From: a virus
Length of the DNA: 64,000 bases
Virus record (IMG/VR): IMGVR_UViG_3300037851_000359
Span: 72,759-136,758 of that record
Strand: one strand, 5' to 3'
The position numbers were made by a program, and so were the translations under genes. The notes under the pieces are model-generated. The model searched no databases. It was given only the letters and a program-made list of their open reading frames with translations, and was not told the origin of the DNA. Positions 1-10,319 of the stretch are shown one piece after another; positions within the stretch are counted from its first letter, which is position 1, and each line of letters starts with the position of its first letter.

Positions 1-736
1 ATTTAGCATATTGCTCGTCATTTTCATGTGGATGTATGATAGAAATGCTATCTGACATTTGATAAGTAAAATTATTTAAATGAGTATCAAGTAAAAAATA
101 CGCATCATCACCGGCATAAACACCCATAATTCGATAGCCGCCAACTTTATCCCATAATTGTTTAGATATAAATAAACAACCTCCAGCAATACCAGAAGGA
201 TCATTAGGCCAAACTGCATGTTCTTTTATTATATCATTATTTATTTGAATCGTATATTTATGGGAATTCTCATAAACAGTCTTATAATGACACCCATGAC
301 CCTGTTGATTCAATGAAATAAACCCAAATGGTTTTTGTTTTAAATTAGTAATATTTTCTGCCATCTGTATCAATCTTAAAAAAAAGTACTTTTCCTCTTC
401 AATAAATATAATATCAGAATCTAATGATAAAATATACTGATAATCATATTCATTATTAAAATCCGATATCAATTTATTAATGGTATATGCTTTCCCATAA
501 TTTTTATCTAATCTAATTGGATTTAAATTGCCATTAAATAAATGCCGTATTTGGATTACAAATTCATTCCATAATTGATCAGTTTTAGCCCAACCGCCTA
601 TATTTATTCCTAAATTAACTTCTGATAGTCCATTTTTTTCTATATAACTATTAAGAGATAATAATGAATTTACATTTCTATTTAATCTTGCCATATCTGG
701 TAAAAAAATTGGCTGGACTAATAATATATTTTTCAT
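1..736 (-). CDS. GT2/GT-A-like glycosyltransferase, partial (runs off the left edge)
   Basis: Hand translation from ATG 736 (ATGA overlap with the topoisomerase stop) gives MKNILLVQPIFLPD...NYGKAYTIN...YILSLDSDIIF...GIAGGCLFISKQLWDKVGGY...YAGDDAY, with DxD and GG(Y/F)...DD motifs typical of GT-A. Not in the ORF track. Confidence 0.75.
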   Translation of the reverse strand, partial: MKNILLVQPIFLPDMARLNRNVNSLLSLNSYIEKNGLSEVNLGINIGGWAKTDQLWNEFVIQIRHLFNGNLNPIRLDKNYGKAYTINKLISDFNNEYDYQYILSLDSDIIFIEEEKYFFLRLIQMAENITNLKQKPFGFISLNQQGHGCHYKTVYENSHKYTIQINNDIIKEHAVWPNDPSGIAGGCLFISKQLWDKVGGYRIMGVYAGDDAYFLLDTHLNNFTYQMSDSISIIHPHENDEQYAK

Positions 737-2052
737 TTTATTCCTTTTAATTCAGTAATATAACATTCTTTTCTCAATCCTTCATCCTTACATAATTTTA
801 CTAATTCTTCTATTTTTTTCTTCATTTCATGCAATCGGTCTTTTAATATATTTATCTCATCTTTTCCAAATTTATAAATAGGAGTTTGAATTATTTTTGA
901 AATGTGTTTATCTTGAATATCATTATCTATTAATAATTTTTCAATTTCTTTTTTTGATAATTCTGGAAATTTTTTAAATAACGCTTTTTGAATAACAATT
1001 AGAAAATCTCTTTCATATTCAAATTTTTCTTTAAGTTCTAAGTATTGTAATTTAAAGCGTTTAAGATAAAATTCAAACCTATAATCTGTAAATTGTTTAA
1101 TTATTTGAGAAACCGTCATATTTTTTATTTTACCATCAAATCCAATAACATTTATATTTTCATTTAATATCGTAAATAATTTAAATTTTTCAATTATTTC
1201 AGAATCATTTAATTCAGAATTTAAAATAATATTAAATTCAAATTCTTTTTTACAATCATCAGTAAATGATTTAATAATATCTTTTTGTTCAAGATCATCT
1301 AGAATTTTTATAAAAGTTTCTCTATTATATCCAATAGGCAACTCAGTTATGGTTAAATACTTACCTTCTTTTTTATAACATCCAATAGTTTTCCAAACAT
1401 TATCGCCAATTTTTTCTATTGAACCATTAAACCCATCAAAATATGGTTTGGGTTCTCTAAACTCTTTATTATTTAAATATTGTAATTGACAATGAATAAC
1501 ATCTTCCAATTTTCGTGGATATATATTACAAGCGAACCCAACAGCAATGCCTTGGACAGGATTTAAAATTACGGTAGGAACAATAGGCAGAAAATTTTTA
1601 GGTTCTTTTTCAGAATCATCATAATTTGAAATCATTTCAACCAATGCAGGATCGGTATTCATTATATTAAAAAATGTATCAGATAATTTAACGGAAACAT
1701 ACCGTGCCGCCCCAATACCATTAGATGGACCAGAACATTTTCCACCAAATGCACCAAACCCATCTAAATAGGTAATATTATTGGCTCCGCTAAATTTTTG
1801 GGCCATTAATGAACAAGCATCTTCGACACTAGTAGATGAATGTGGATGTAAAGACAAAGCAGAACCAGCAACTTTAACAACTTTTACTTTTTCATTTTTA
1901 TAATACTTATACATCGTCCACAATATTCTTCTATGAACTGGTTTTAAGCCATCTATAATGCTTGGAATAGCTCTATTTTCTATTACATTGAATGAATATG
2001 CTTTGTATTGGGTGTTTATGATATCTGTTATATCAATATTTCTTATTTCCAT
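733..2052 (-). CDS. gp52: DNA topoisomerase II, GyrA/ParC-like (T4 gp52-like) subunit
   Basis: RAIPSIIDGLKPVHRRIL, the AARY catalytic Tyr, GIAVGFACNI and ITELPIG motifs. Confidence 0.95.
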   Translation of the reverse strand: MEIRNIDITDIINTQYKAYSFNVIENRAIPSIIDGLKPVHRRILWTMYKYYKNEKVKVVKVAGSALSLHPHSSTSVEDACSLMAQKFSGANNITYLDGFGAFGGKCSGPSNGIGAARYVSVKLSDTFFNIMNTDPALVEMISNYDDSEKEPKNFLPIVPTVILNPVQGIAVGFACNIYPRKLEDVIHCQLQYLNNKEFREPKPYFDGFNGSIEKIGDNVWKTIGCYKKEGKYLTITELPIGYNRETFIKILDDLEQKDIIKSFTDDCKKEFEFNIILNSELNDSEIIEKFKLFTILNENINVIGFDGKIKNMTVSQIIKQFTDYRFEFYLKRFKLQYLELKEKFEYERDFLIVIQKALFKKFPELSKKEIEKLLIDNDIQDKHISKIIQTPIYKFGKDEINILKDRLHEMKKKIEELVKLCKDEGLRKECYITELKGIK

Positions 2053-3131
2053 GTGGTTTGTCCTGTTATCATGGTTTTGAGTTTGATTAAACCAAGTTTT
2101 CCTTTAACGGTTTCTAATGTTCCATGTGGAACATTGCTAACACCAAGATGTTTTGCCAGATCATTAATGTCTTTAATTGGATTATTATTTATATGTTTTG
2201 GTAACATAACACAAGTTTCATCCATTTCTAATAATTTAATTATTTTTTCATACCCTGTTTTATCATGATATGGGGAATCAATGCACCATATTCTATTTTC
2301 TGAGTCTATTTCAGACCTTATAAAATCACTTTTTGCTCCAGATACGTTACAATTACATAACGAAATGGCGTTATTTATAAACATAGAATCAATAATACCT
2401 TCACAGATATAAACTGGTCGATTTTTGCTAATTTGATACCATCCATATATTTTTTCATCAGGAAATTCAAAATTTTCAAATAATGCAAATAAATATTTAC
2501 GATCCCTTCTATATTCATTTGGTTTCGGATGAATATCTCTTGCTTGAAAATTATAATGTAATCCATTACCATCAATAAAGGGAATAATGACGCGCCAACA
2601 ATAATCACCTTTATGACAAACATACATTTGATTTAAAAAATAATCAGAAATTAACCTATCTTTCATCTTTTTTAAGGCATAATTTCGATATTTTTCCATA
2701 TTTTTATTATCAGTAATTGGTTCTGTTAACTTTAAACAATTATTTTTATAATATTCTTTTAAAAAATCGTCATATTTTTTATTTTCACGAATAATATTTA
2801 TTTTATTAATAGGTGTTTCAAATGATGGATTGCATATTCTATTTTTTACAATATCAAACATATCATTTTTGATACTATTGTATTTTTCTGGAAAATGTTC
2901 AGCTAACAACCCTTCAAAATTTGTAGAATATTCACAATTATGGCAATAAATAGTATAATGAGTATTTTTTTCGATACAATATAAACGAGATTTCTTTTTG
3001 TGTTTCTGACTATCCCCACAATGAGGACACCGACCGCATAAAATCATAGAATTAGAACCAGATTTTATTATTCTGGCTTTTTCTATAATTTCACAAAAAA
3101 TATTTTTTACTAACGATTGTGAGAGTTTCAT
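2043..3131 (-). CDS. gp61: DNA primase (T4 gp61-like)
   Basis: Zn-binding CPHCGDS...YCHNC, FQARDI, and TOPRIM motifs YICEGIIDSMF and KDINDL. Confidence 0.92.
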   Translation of the reverse strand: MKLSQSLVKNIFCEIIEKARIIKSGSNSMILCGRCPHCGDSQKHKKKSRLYCIEKNTHYTIYCHNCEYSTNFEGLLAEHFPEKYNSIKNDMFDIVKNRICNPSFETPINKINIIRENKKYDDFLKEYYKNNCLKLTEPITDNKNMEKYRNYALKKMKDRLISDYFLNQMYVCHKGDYCWRVIIPFIDGNGLHYNFQARDIHPKPNEYRRDRKYLFALFENFEFPDEKIYGWYQISKNRPVYICEGIIDSMFINNAISLCNCNVSGAKSDFIRSEIDSENRIWCIDSPYHDKTGYEKIIKLLEMDETCVMLPKHINNNPIKDINDLAKHLGVSNVPHGTLETVKGKLGLIKLKTMITGQTTWK

Positions 3132-3142
3132 TATTGGATAAT

Positions 3143-3170
3143 ATTATATCATCTTAAATATTTTAATCAA
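3143..3170 (-). promoter_or_regulatory. sigma70-like promoter, TTGATT-N16-TATAAT, upstream of primase
   Basis: Read directly; the -10 hexamer lies 11 nt from the ATG. Confidence 0.55.
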
Positions 3171-3546
3171 GAATCAATTTTTTAGTAAATTTGAATTTAT
3201 GTATAATTTCGTAATCTTTCTTTTCGTATTTTTTAAGAACTTTAATTTTTTCTGTTAAAATAGCATCTATTTCATTAACTGGTTCAACTAAATTCCAATT
3301 TGATAATAATTGAACAATAGTTTTTTGTCGTAATAAATCATTTTCATCAAAAGTTGATTCTTTATTATATAAACTAAATAATTCTTTAAAATGAACAATT
3401 TTATAAATATTTGGATCTTTAGTTGGCAAACAATAACAAGATGGATAAAATTTTTTAGTTTTATTATTTCTAATTCCAATTCTTTCTAAAGTTTCTCTAA
3501 TTATAGAAAAATCTTCTTTTAGTATTACCGCAAGTCCAATACTCAT
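3163..3546 (-). CDS. regA: translational repressor RegA
   Basis: DFSIIRETLERIGI, YPSCY, YKIVHFKELF and IVQLLSNWNLV match T4 RegA; adjacent to gp62. Confidence 0.93.
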   Translation of the reverse strand: MSIGLAVILKEDFSIIRETLERIGIRNNKTKKFYPSCYCLPTKDPNIYKIVHFKELFSLYNKESTFDENDLLRQKTIVQLLSNWNLVEPVNEIDAILTEKIKVLKKYEKKDYEIIHKFKFTKKLILD

Positions 3547-4082
3547 GATTTTCTTCTTCCTTTTTTAAACCCTGTTTTTTCGCTTATTTCCTTAGCCCAG
3601 GATTCTCCCATCATTACAATATATTCAATTGCTTCAGTTTCAGAACATTCAAAATATTTTACTACATCTTCAATATACTTATGTTTTTCTGTTTGTTTAT
3701 TTTTAATCCACGGATAAAATGAAAAATCCTTTTCAACAATATGCAATAATAATTGATACATTTGCGATGGAGTTAAAACACCTATATATTTATTAACCAG
3801 ATTACATAATAACACATCATCTTGTTTCATTGATAATCCTTGAACAATCATATATGAATTCCAAATATGTTTAGTATTTTCTGTTAATAAGTTTCCATTT
3901 TTATATTTTCTTATATCATTAATAAAATCAAAAATTGTTAATGATTTTGTAGTTACTGAATCATCTTCAGTAACTACAACAGGTTCTTCCTTATCTTTTA
4001 ATGCTTTACGAATATCTAAACAATTATCGTTATTAATCATGTTATTAACCGATCCGTATTGCATCCTTATGGCCATCTTCAA
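3543..4082 (-). CDS. gp62: clamp loader small subunit (gp62-like)
   Basis: TIFDFINDI, NSYMIVQGLS, FYPWIK, VVKYFECSETEAIEY; lies next to regA. Confidence 0.8.
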   Translation of the reverse strand: MKMAIRMQYGSVNNMINNDNCLDIRKALKDKEEPVVVTEDDSVTTKSLTIFDFINDIRKYKNGNLLTENTKHIWNSYMIVQGLSMKQDDVLLCNLVNKYIGVLTPSQMYQLLLHIVEKDFSFYPWIKNKQTEKHKYIEDVVKYFECSETEAIEYIVMMGESWAKEISEKTGFKKGRRKS

Positions 4083-4335
4083 ACACCTTCAATCTGAAAC
4101 GATCAAAATTAAAACCCAAATTAAAATCTGCATTTAATGGTCCAGACATACAATCCTCATAAGATGACCAGTATTCTTTATTGGATATCACTTCATCAAC
4201 AGATGCATAGCATTCGTATTGACATTCGCAAGTTTCTTCGTCAAAACAACAAGTTCCGTAACCGGATGTTGCAATGCACTCAGCTATGACTTTCGAATCC
4301 GACATGGATTTTCCTTTTTTGGAAACGTAGTTCAT
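4045..4335 (-). CDS. hypothetical Cys-rich acidic protein
   Basis: ORF in the operon orientation; the true start may be the internal MSDSK after an AAAGGA RBS. Confidence 0.55.
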   Translation of the reverse strand: MNYVSKKGKSMSDSKVIAECIATSGYGTCCFDEETCECQYECYASVDEVISNKEYWSSYEDCMSGPLNADFNLGFNFDRFRLKVFEDGHKDAIRIG

Positions 4336-4372
4336 AATAGTCTAAAGAACTATAAACGACGGATTTATATCA

Positions 4373-4744
4373 TTATACAATTGGTTTTCCTGATTGATCT
4401 AACAGAACTTTTTTTCCATTTGCTACATTACCAGCAGCATCTAAAATAGCGGGTTTTTGTTCTTCTGGTTCTGCTTGTCCTGAGAATGGGCAATTTTCTC
4501 TAATAGATTTCATTATTTTTTCTGGAATAGTACTAAAAATTGGCCCATCATTAAAACATGCTTCAAATTCTTCCTGTGCCATATTTTTTTTCATATTTTT
4601 TAATAACATCCACCAAGATTGCCATTCAAGTAATGTCAATTCCATGGAGGTTGCTAATTGAGATACTTGATCAAGTTTTTCAACTAACATTTTATTAGTT
4701 AAATTTCGTTGTTTTGGGTTTTTTCTAAATGCGCTTGCACTCAT
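4373..4744 (-). CDS. hypothetical protein
   Basis: ORF with an AAGGAG RBS; no recognised motif. Confidence 0.65.
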   Translation of the reverse strand: MSASAFRKNPKQRNLTNKMLVEKLDQVSQLATSMELTLLEWQSWWMLLKNMKKNMAQEEFEACFNDGPIFSTIPEKIMKSIRENCPFSGQAEPEEQKPAILDAAGNVANGKKVLLDQSGKPIV

Positions 4745-4754
4745 TTGTTGCTCC

Positions 4755-5801
4755 TTATCTCATGGCTTTCAGTTTTAAGGCATTGTCAATGTTAGAATTT
4801 AATGGAATTGTCAATTTTTCTGGTCGGATAGTGAGGTCTGGTTTAGAATCATCAACAGAAAGTCCAGTTTGTTGAGACATTTCAGAATACTCAGCCTGAA
4901 TTTTTTCTAGATATTCGGGTGATATAGTTCCATCTTGAGGTATTTCCATCAAGTCCGCATCTGGAAGCATATATTTTTTAGCAATATCAGATTGATCAGA
5001 TTCTTCAACCATCACGGTTTCCGTTAAATGAGCGCCCGTCTTTTTTAATAGTTCATATTGTTCTTGAGTTAACGTATCACTAGGACCACCAGTTTCCCTA
5101 CGATTATTCAAATTCAAATTTTTGCCCGTAGCTGTATTAACCAAAAGATTAGTGCCTTCATCCATGTTTTCATTACGAGAAATACCCAAGCTAGATAATA
5201 TTTGACGTTGTTCTTCGGATACGTTGTTGTTTTGGGTGGGACTTTTATGTTCCTCCCGAAAAGACAATGAACGAGCATGATTTGGATTCATTGCAGTTGG
5301 TTTAGATACTACTACCTTTTTTTCTACTACAGGTTGAACATGGATAGTAGATTCTGTTATATTTTGTTCATTAGTTTTTTTTGGGATTTCATTTTGAGTA
5401 GTTACTGGTACTTCTACCGATTTCGTTTCAGATACTTTAGGTAAATTTAATTTTTTAACTGGCATAGTACCATTTAATGGGATAAAAGATAGTATAGGAA
5501 GGGTATTTGATTGTATTGATGATTGTTTTAATACTGGAAGAATATCATTTATAGGATATACATAAATGCTATTGGCTATCACCTGGGCATATTGACTTGG
5601 AAAGGTTCTTAAAATTATTTGCATAGCATGTGTTTCATCAGTAGCTTCCACAAGATATGAATTCATGATACGCTTTTGTCTAGCGTCAAATATATTAACG
5701 TAATAGGGTTGGGTATGCATTATTTTTCTCCTGAAAAAATGTTTTATCTTCTCTATTATACCAAAATTCCTAAAATATACATCATAATCAAAATATTTCA
5801 T
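4755..5801 (-). CDS. hypothetical protein with a long low-complexity/disordered region
   Basis: 348-aa ORF directly downstream of gp44. Confidence 0.65.
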   Translation of the reverse strand: MKYFDYDVYFRNFGIIEKIKHFFRRKIMHTQPYYVNIFDARQKRIMNSYLVEATDETHAMQIILRTFPSQYAQVIANSIYVYPINDILPVLKQSSIQSNTLPILSFIPLNGTMPVKKLNLPKVSETKSVEVPVTTQNEIPKKTNEQNITESTIHVQPVVEKKVVVSKPTAMNPNHARSLSFREEHKSPTQNNNVSEEQRQILSSLGISRNENMDEGTNLLVNTATGKNLNLNNRRETGGPSDTLTQEQYELLKKTGAHLTETVMVEESDQSDIAKKYMLPDADLMEIPQDGTISPEYLEKIQAEYSEMSQQTGLSVDDSKPDLTIRPEKLTIPLNSNIDNALKLKAMR

Positions 5802-5802
5802 T

Positions 5803-6750
5803 TCAATTTTTTAATATTCTCATTAATTCTAATAAACATGCTATAAAATTCAATTCTTTATTAACATGTATAACATTTTTATATTGATAATCCGCCAAGG
5901 TTATTAAAATTTCTGATATTTTTTCTTCATTATTTGTTATTAATTTCACATTTTCAAAAATTTTCTGATATAAAATATCATAATCCATTTTTTGAGTTAA
6001 AACATTTTCTCTAATTGATTTAATGGATTTATTTATAATATTATAGATTAATAGTTGAATAAGTTCATCTTGACAATTATCAATATAATTTAATTTATTA
6101 TTAGCACAGCATTTTTGCAATGTATTAATAATTAATCGAATATCAGGATAATAATTTTTAATAATTTTAACAATTATATTTTTTCCTTCTGCATCAATTT
6201 CGATATTTTTAGCTTTTAATATTGAAACACATTTTTTTGCAATTTCGTTTTTATCAGCAACCGCAAAATTAAATAATTGGAACCGTGACCGAACAGGTTC
6301 AATTATCTTATTTTCATAATTGGCAGTTAAAATAAATCTTGTACCCTTTGCATATTGTTCTGTTACTGCCCTTAATATTTTTTGAGCATCTACTGTCAAC
6401 CCATCAGCTTCATCCAAAATTATTATTTTTAAGTCAGAAAATAATGACACAGAACAAAAATCTTGAACTTTATTTCTAATAGTGTCCATTCCTCGTTCAT
6501 CAGAGGCATTAATATACAAATATGCATCTTGAGCAATGGTTTTTGCTAAGATCTTCGCAACGGTAGTCTTTCCGGTTCCTGGTGGGCCAAGAAATAATAA
6601 ATGAGGAATTGAATTGTTTTTTATATAATCTTCAAATTTTGATAAATTCTCTTGAATTCCTATAACATCTGATATATTATTTGGTCTAAATTCTTCCACC
6701 CATGGAAAATTTATATCAGTCATTAGATTTCCTTTCTTGTCGAATAACAT
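5803..6750 (-). CDS. gp44: clamp loader AAA+ subunit (gp44/RFC-like)
   Basis: WVEEFRP, Walker A GPPGTGKT, INASDERG, Walker B IILDEADG, and SRF. The start may be MTDINF near 6723. Confidence 0.95.
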   Translation of the reverse strand: MLFDKKGNLMTDINFPWVEEFRPNNISDVIGIQENLSKFEDYIKNNSIPHLLFLGPPGTGKTTVAKILAKTIAQDAYLYINASDERGMDTIRNKVQDFCSVSLFSDLKIIILDEADGLTVDAQKILRAVTEQYAKGTRFILTANYENKIIEPVRSRFQLFNFAVADKNEIAKKCVSILKAKNIEIDAEGKNIIVKIIKNYYPDIRLIINTLQKCCANNKLNYIDNCQDELIQLLIYNIINKSIKSIRENVLTQKMDYDILYQKIFENVKLITNNEEKISEILITLADYQYKNVIHVNKELNFIACLLELMRILKN

Positions 6751-6985
6751 CTTCTACATGATTTAAAAATATTGTATCTTCCTCTTTAATACAGTCAATA
6801 GCAGTTTCAATAATAATTAAATCCATCACGCTGTATGAGGTAGGATTATTTTTAACTTCAAATAATACATCATCTAGTTTTTGCAATATAGTTGGATCAT
6901 CAGTTTGAATATTACCGCATAATTTTTGAAGTTTTTCACTTATCGCAAAAGTTAAAAATATAGGATGTTCAGTTAATATACTCAT
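6716..6985 (-). CDS. hypothetical protein
   Basis: Small ORF with overlapping start/stop, between gp45 and gp44. Confidence 0.55.
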   Translation of the reverse strand: MSILTEHPIFLTFAISEKLQKLCGNIQTDDPTILQKLDDVLFEVKNNPTSYSVMDLIIIETAIDCIKEEDTIFLNHVEDVIRQERKSND

Positions 6986-7728
6986 ATAATTGCCTTTGCA
7001 ACACAGAAAATCATGTCAAAATCTTTGTCTTCGCACTCAATCAATGAAAATTTATCAGAGACACTAATTTTCATAGTATTAAATGAATTTCCTAAAATAG
7101 TTTGAAAGGTATCCTTTTTAAATACTGTTTCAAAACTTGTTGTAAGATATGCAGGAATTTCAACGGAATAACTATTTATAGACACTCCTGTATTTTTTAT
7201 AGTAAGAATTAAATTATTATTTGTATTATAACCATTAATAAACACAAATGGTTCATTTGACAATACAGACATAGCTTTAGTAAATTTTGAAAAATTATCA
7301 TCATAATTAAAGGTGCACAACCAATTTACATTTGCTAAATTTTTTGTGAATTCTTTACAAACATCTAAATCTGCGGTTTGGTATGTTATTTTATTCTTAT
7401 TTTGTGATATAGAGAATGATTTATCTTTTCCAAAATTTATTTTTATTGCATCTTCCTCAAATACAGAAAACAAATTAATAAATTCAGTCAGTTTAACAAT
7501 CCCAATTTTTATTTCTTCTTCATCAAATTTAAAATCATCAAAAATATTTTTATAATTAATAAAAATTACTGAACCATTATTTAATGTTGAGATTTTTCCA
7601 ATTATCTTATCATTTTTCCTTTTAATATTAAGAATAACACCCGTATTTTCAACGAATGCTGATAATATTTTAAGAGGCTTACAGAAAGATTTTACATCAT
7701 TTTTAGTCTTAAATGTTCCTGAAAACAT
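6982..7728 (-). CDS. gp45: sliding clamp (gp45-like)
   Basis: 248 aa; IGIVKLTEFINLFSVFE and KITYQTAD resemble gp45; conserved 45-44-62-regA order. Confidence 0.75.
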   Translation of the reverse strand: MFSGTFKTKNDVKSFCKPLKILSAFVENTGVILNIKRKNDKIIGKISTLNNGSVIFINYKNIFDDFKFDEEEIKIGIVKLTEFINLFSVFEEDAIKINFGKDKSFSISQNKNKITYQTADLDVCKEFTKNLANVNWLCTFNYDDNFSKFTKAMSVLSNEPFVFINGYNTNNNLILTIKNTGVSINSYSVEIPAYLTTSFETVFKKDTFQTILGNSFNTMKISVSDKFSLIECEDKDFDMIFCVAKAII

Positions 7729-7749
7729 AATAACCCTTCTTGTTGTTCA

Positions 7750-7777
7750 ATTTTAACAGTATATTTATTAAAGTCAA
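7750..7777 (-). promoter_or_regulatory. sigma70-like promoter, TTGACT-N16-TAAAAT, upstream of the clamp gene
   Basis: Read directly in the intergenic region. Confidence 0.55.
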
Positions 7778-9666
7778 GTGGATAACCATACTTTACGAAC
7801 AGTAGGATCATCGCCAAATGCTAATTTAAGACTTTCTTTAGATTTAGAATCATTACTGACTTTTATTAAATTTGGATTTTGATTCAACATATAATCCCAC
7901 GCTTCCGTTCCACATGATCCCAATCCTTTAAAATATGATATTTCATATGCTGATGAATGCCTACCCTTCATATATTCTTCAAAGGTTCCTTTATTATAAA
8001 AATAATTAACATTTTTATTTTTATCAATAACTTCATATAAAGGCGATTCTAAAATATAAATCATACCATATTCAAATAATTCAGGCCAAAATTTATAAAA
8101 AAAGTTAATAAGCAAACATCTAATAGCATAACCGTCCATATCCTGGTCAGTCGCAATAATTATTTTTCCATAATTTAAATTGTGTGAAAACCCATCACTA
8201 TGAGGTTTTATTGGTCGTTCGCCTATCTTCAATCCTACAACAGCCATGATTGATTGCAATTCTTTATTATCAACAACATCCTTAATTGGGCTTTCATGAA
8301 CATTTAAAATCTTTCCTCGTAAAGGCAGTCCTGCCATCAACTTAGAGTCACGAACCATAGATAAATTTGATATTGCCGAATCGCCTTCTGTAATATATAA
8401 ACTACATTTATTCCTATCACGATGGGAACATTCTATTAATTTTGGAATTCTTTTACGATCTAAATTCTTTTGTTTCTTTTTAATCTCAGATAATAATTTT
8501 ATATCATTCTTTTCATTAACATCTGTAACTATCTTTTCTATCATTTTTGGCAAATTATTTAGCATGATATTAATTCTACGAGTAGAAAATAAATCATTAA
8601 AATAATTTTCGAAATCTTTTCTATCATTTACTAATTTTTCTTTAGTCTGTCCTTCAAATACAGGGGATTTCCAATTTAATAATACAATCATAAACATATT
8701 TTTTGATACATCTTGTGTAGTTATTTCTAATTTATTTTCTTTTTTAATTTTTTCTTTAATTGTAGAAATAAATACATCTTTAAAATAATCAATATGTGTA
8801 CCACCACGATAAGTATCAGCACCATTAACATTTGAAATAAAATCAAATATTTCTTCTTTATTTTTACAAATCGCTATTCGAATACCATCTTTAACTGATT
8901 CATATATTGAAAATTCATCAGAGAATTTTTTAATTAATTCTTCAAATTTTGGATTATAAAAATTATAAGTCTTAATAGTATTGTCTGCATTAATTATTTC
9001 TAATTTAAATTCAATCTTTGGAAACATATAAGACAATTCAAAACACCGTTTAACAATAAGTTTAGGATTTATGGGTATTTGAAAAATTTTAGAATCAGGT
9101 TTAAAAATGATTTTGGTTCCAGTATTTCTTGATTTATGATCCACTATTTTAGGTTTAGAAATCTTTGAAAGATTGTTTTCGTATTTTTGGGTATAAATTT
9201 TATTATCTCGTTTAATTTCGATAGTAAATTGTTCTGAGAATATAGCAGTTAATGAAGCACCAACACCATTCATACCAACTGACATTCTATTATCGTCAGA
9301 GAAGTTGCTTCCAGACCGCAATTGAGTAAATACTACTTGCGGAGTAGGTATTTTGGCATCTTTATGTATCTCAATAGGTATTCCTCTTGCATTATCAGAA
9401 ACCGTAATAAATCCAGTTTGTTGATTGTATTCAATACAAATTCGATCCCCATGCCCTTTAATATGTTCATCAACACAGTTATCAACAATTTCGCAAAATA
9501 TTTTATATTCTCCTGGGATATAATCTAAATTTTCTTTAATTAATTCTTGATTATCATTTAAAATCCAGAATGGTTGATTTGTTATTTTTTTTGAACCAAT
9601 ATACATTTCACTACGCAAAATACAATGTTCAACATCATTTAATATTTTTATGTCTTGCCCGGTCAT
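7774..9666 (-). CDS. gp39: DNA topoisomerase II, GyrB/ParE-like subunit (T4 gp39+gp60 in one ORF)
   Basis: GHKL motifs EIVDNCVDE, DNARGIP and GMNGVGA; TOPRIM motifs TEGDSA, PLRGKILN, TDQDMDG and YFKGLGS. Confidence 0.96.
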   Translation of the reverse strand: MTGQDIKILNDVEHCILRSEMYIGSKKITNQPFWILNDNQELIKENLDYIPGEYKIFCEIVDNCVDEHIKGHGDRICIEYNQQTGFITVSDNARGIPIEIHKDAKIPTPQVVFTQLRSGSNFSDDNRMSVGMNGVGASLTAIFSEQFTIEIKRDNKIYTQKYENNLSKISKPKIVDHKSRNTGTKIIFKPDSKIFQIPINPKLIVKRCFELSYMFPKIEFKLEIINADNTIKTYNFYNPKFEELIKKFSDEFSIYESVKDGIRIAICKNKEEIFDFISNVNGADTYRGGTHIDYFKDVFISTIKEKIKKENKLEITTQDVSKNMFMIVLLNWKSPVFEGQTKEKLVNDRKDFENYFNDLFSTRRINIMLNNLPKMIEKIVTDVNEKNDIKLLSEIKKKQKNLDRKRIPKLIECSHRDRNKCSLYITEGDSAISNLSMVRDSKLMAGLPLRGKILNVHESPIKDVVDNKELQSIMAVVGLKIGERPIKPHSDGFSHNLNYGKIIIATDQDMDGYAIRCLLINFFYKFWPELFEYGMIYILESPLYEVIDKNKNVNYFYNKGTFEEYMKGRHSSAYEISYFKGLGSCGTEAWDYMLNQNPNLIKVSNDSKSKESLKLAFGDDPTVRKVWLST

Positions 9667-10319
9667 TCTAGCCCCATTTCTTTGTATGCTTGGTTTCTTG
9701 CTTCAATAATTTTTTTCATATCGTTTTCATTTCCGCCAAAATCAGGATGGCATTTTTTAGCTAATTCTCTAAATTTTTTATTTATAAGTTCTTTATTTAC
9801 AATAGTTTCGGTTATTTGTAATGTTTGCCTCCATAATATTTTAGTTGGTTCTGGTTGTTTTGGTGGTGGTTGATTATAAGTCTTTGATCTATTATTGTCA
9901 AATTTTTTATTTTTTTGTTCTTGTTGTTTTAATTTTTCATCAGCTAATTTCAATGCTTGCCTGAACAAACTATTCGGTCCATAATATGAACTAACGTCTG
10001 TATCCCAATTAATACGATTTAAATGATCGTAATCATTATTAACAATTTTTGGAAGTACTGATGTGTGACTAGTAAATAAATTATCATATTCCTTTTTTTG
10101 ATTTATTAAATGTTTTTTTAATAATTCTGCCTGAGTATCTGAAAATTTATGTTCAATTTCTCGGACAATCAATGATGCAATTTTATATCTACATTTTTCA
10201 TCATTAATATTTAACGAAGTTTTGATATTATTTGGGGCGGAATCCCACCATTCTTGTATTTCATAGAATGTAATGGGAATCCCATTTACTTCATAAATTG
10301 CATCACCAACTCTATTCAT
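9663..10319 (-). CDS. protein with a C-terminal DnaJ (J) domain
   Basis: INKKFRELAKKCHPDFGG...MKKIIEA contains the HPD motif. Confidence 0.85.
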   Translation of the reverse strand: MNRVGDAIYEVNGIPITFYEIQEWWDSAPNNIKTSLNINDEKCRYKIASLIVREIEHKFSDTQAELLKKHLINQKKEYDNLFTSHTSVLPKIVNNDYDHLNRINWDTDVSSYYGPNSLFRQALKLADEKLKQQEQKNKKFDNNRSKTYNQPPPKQPEPTKILWRQTLQITETIVNKELINKKFRELAKKCHPDFGGNENDMKKIIEARNQAYKEMGLE

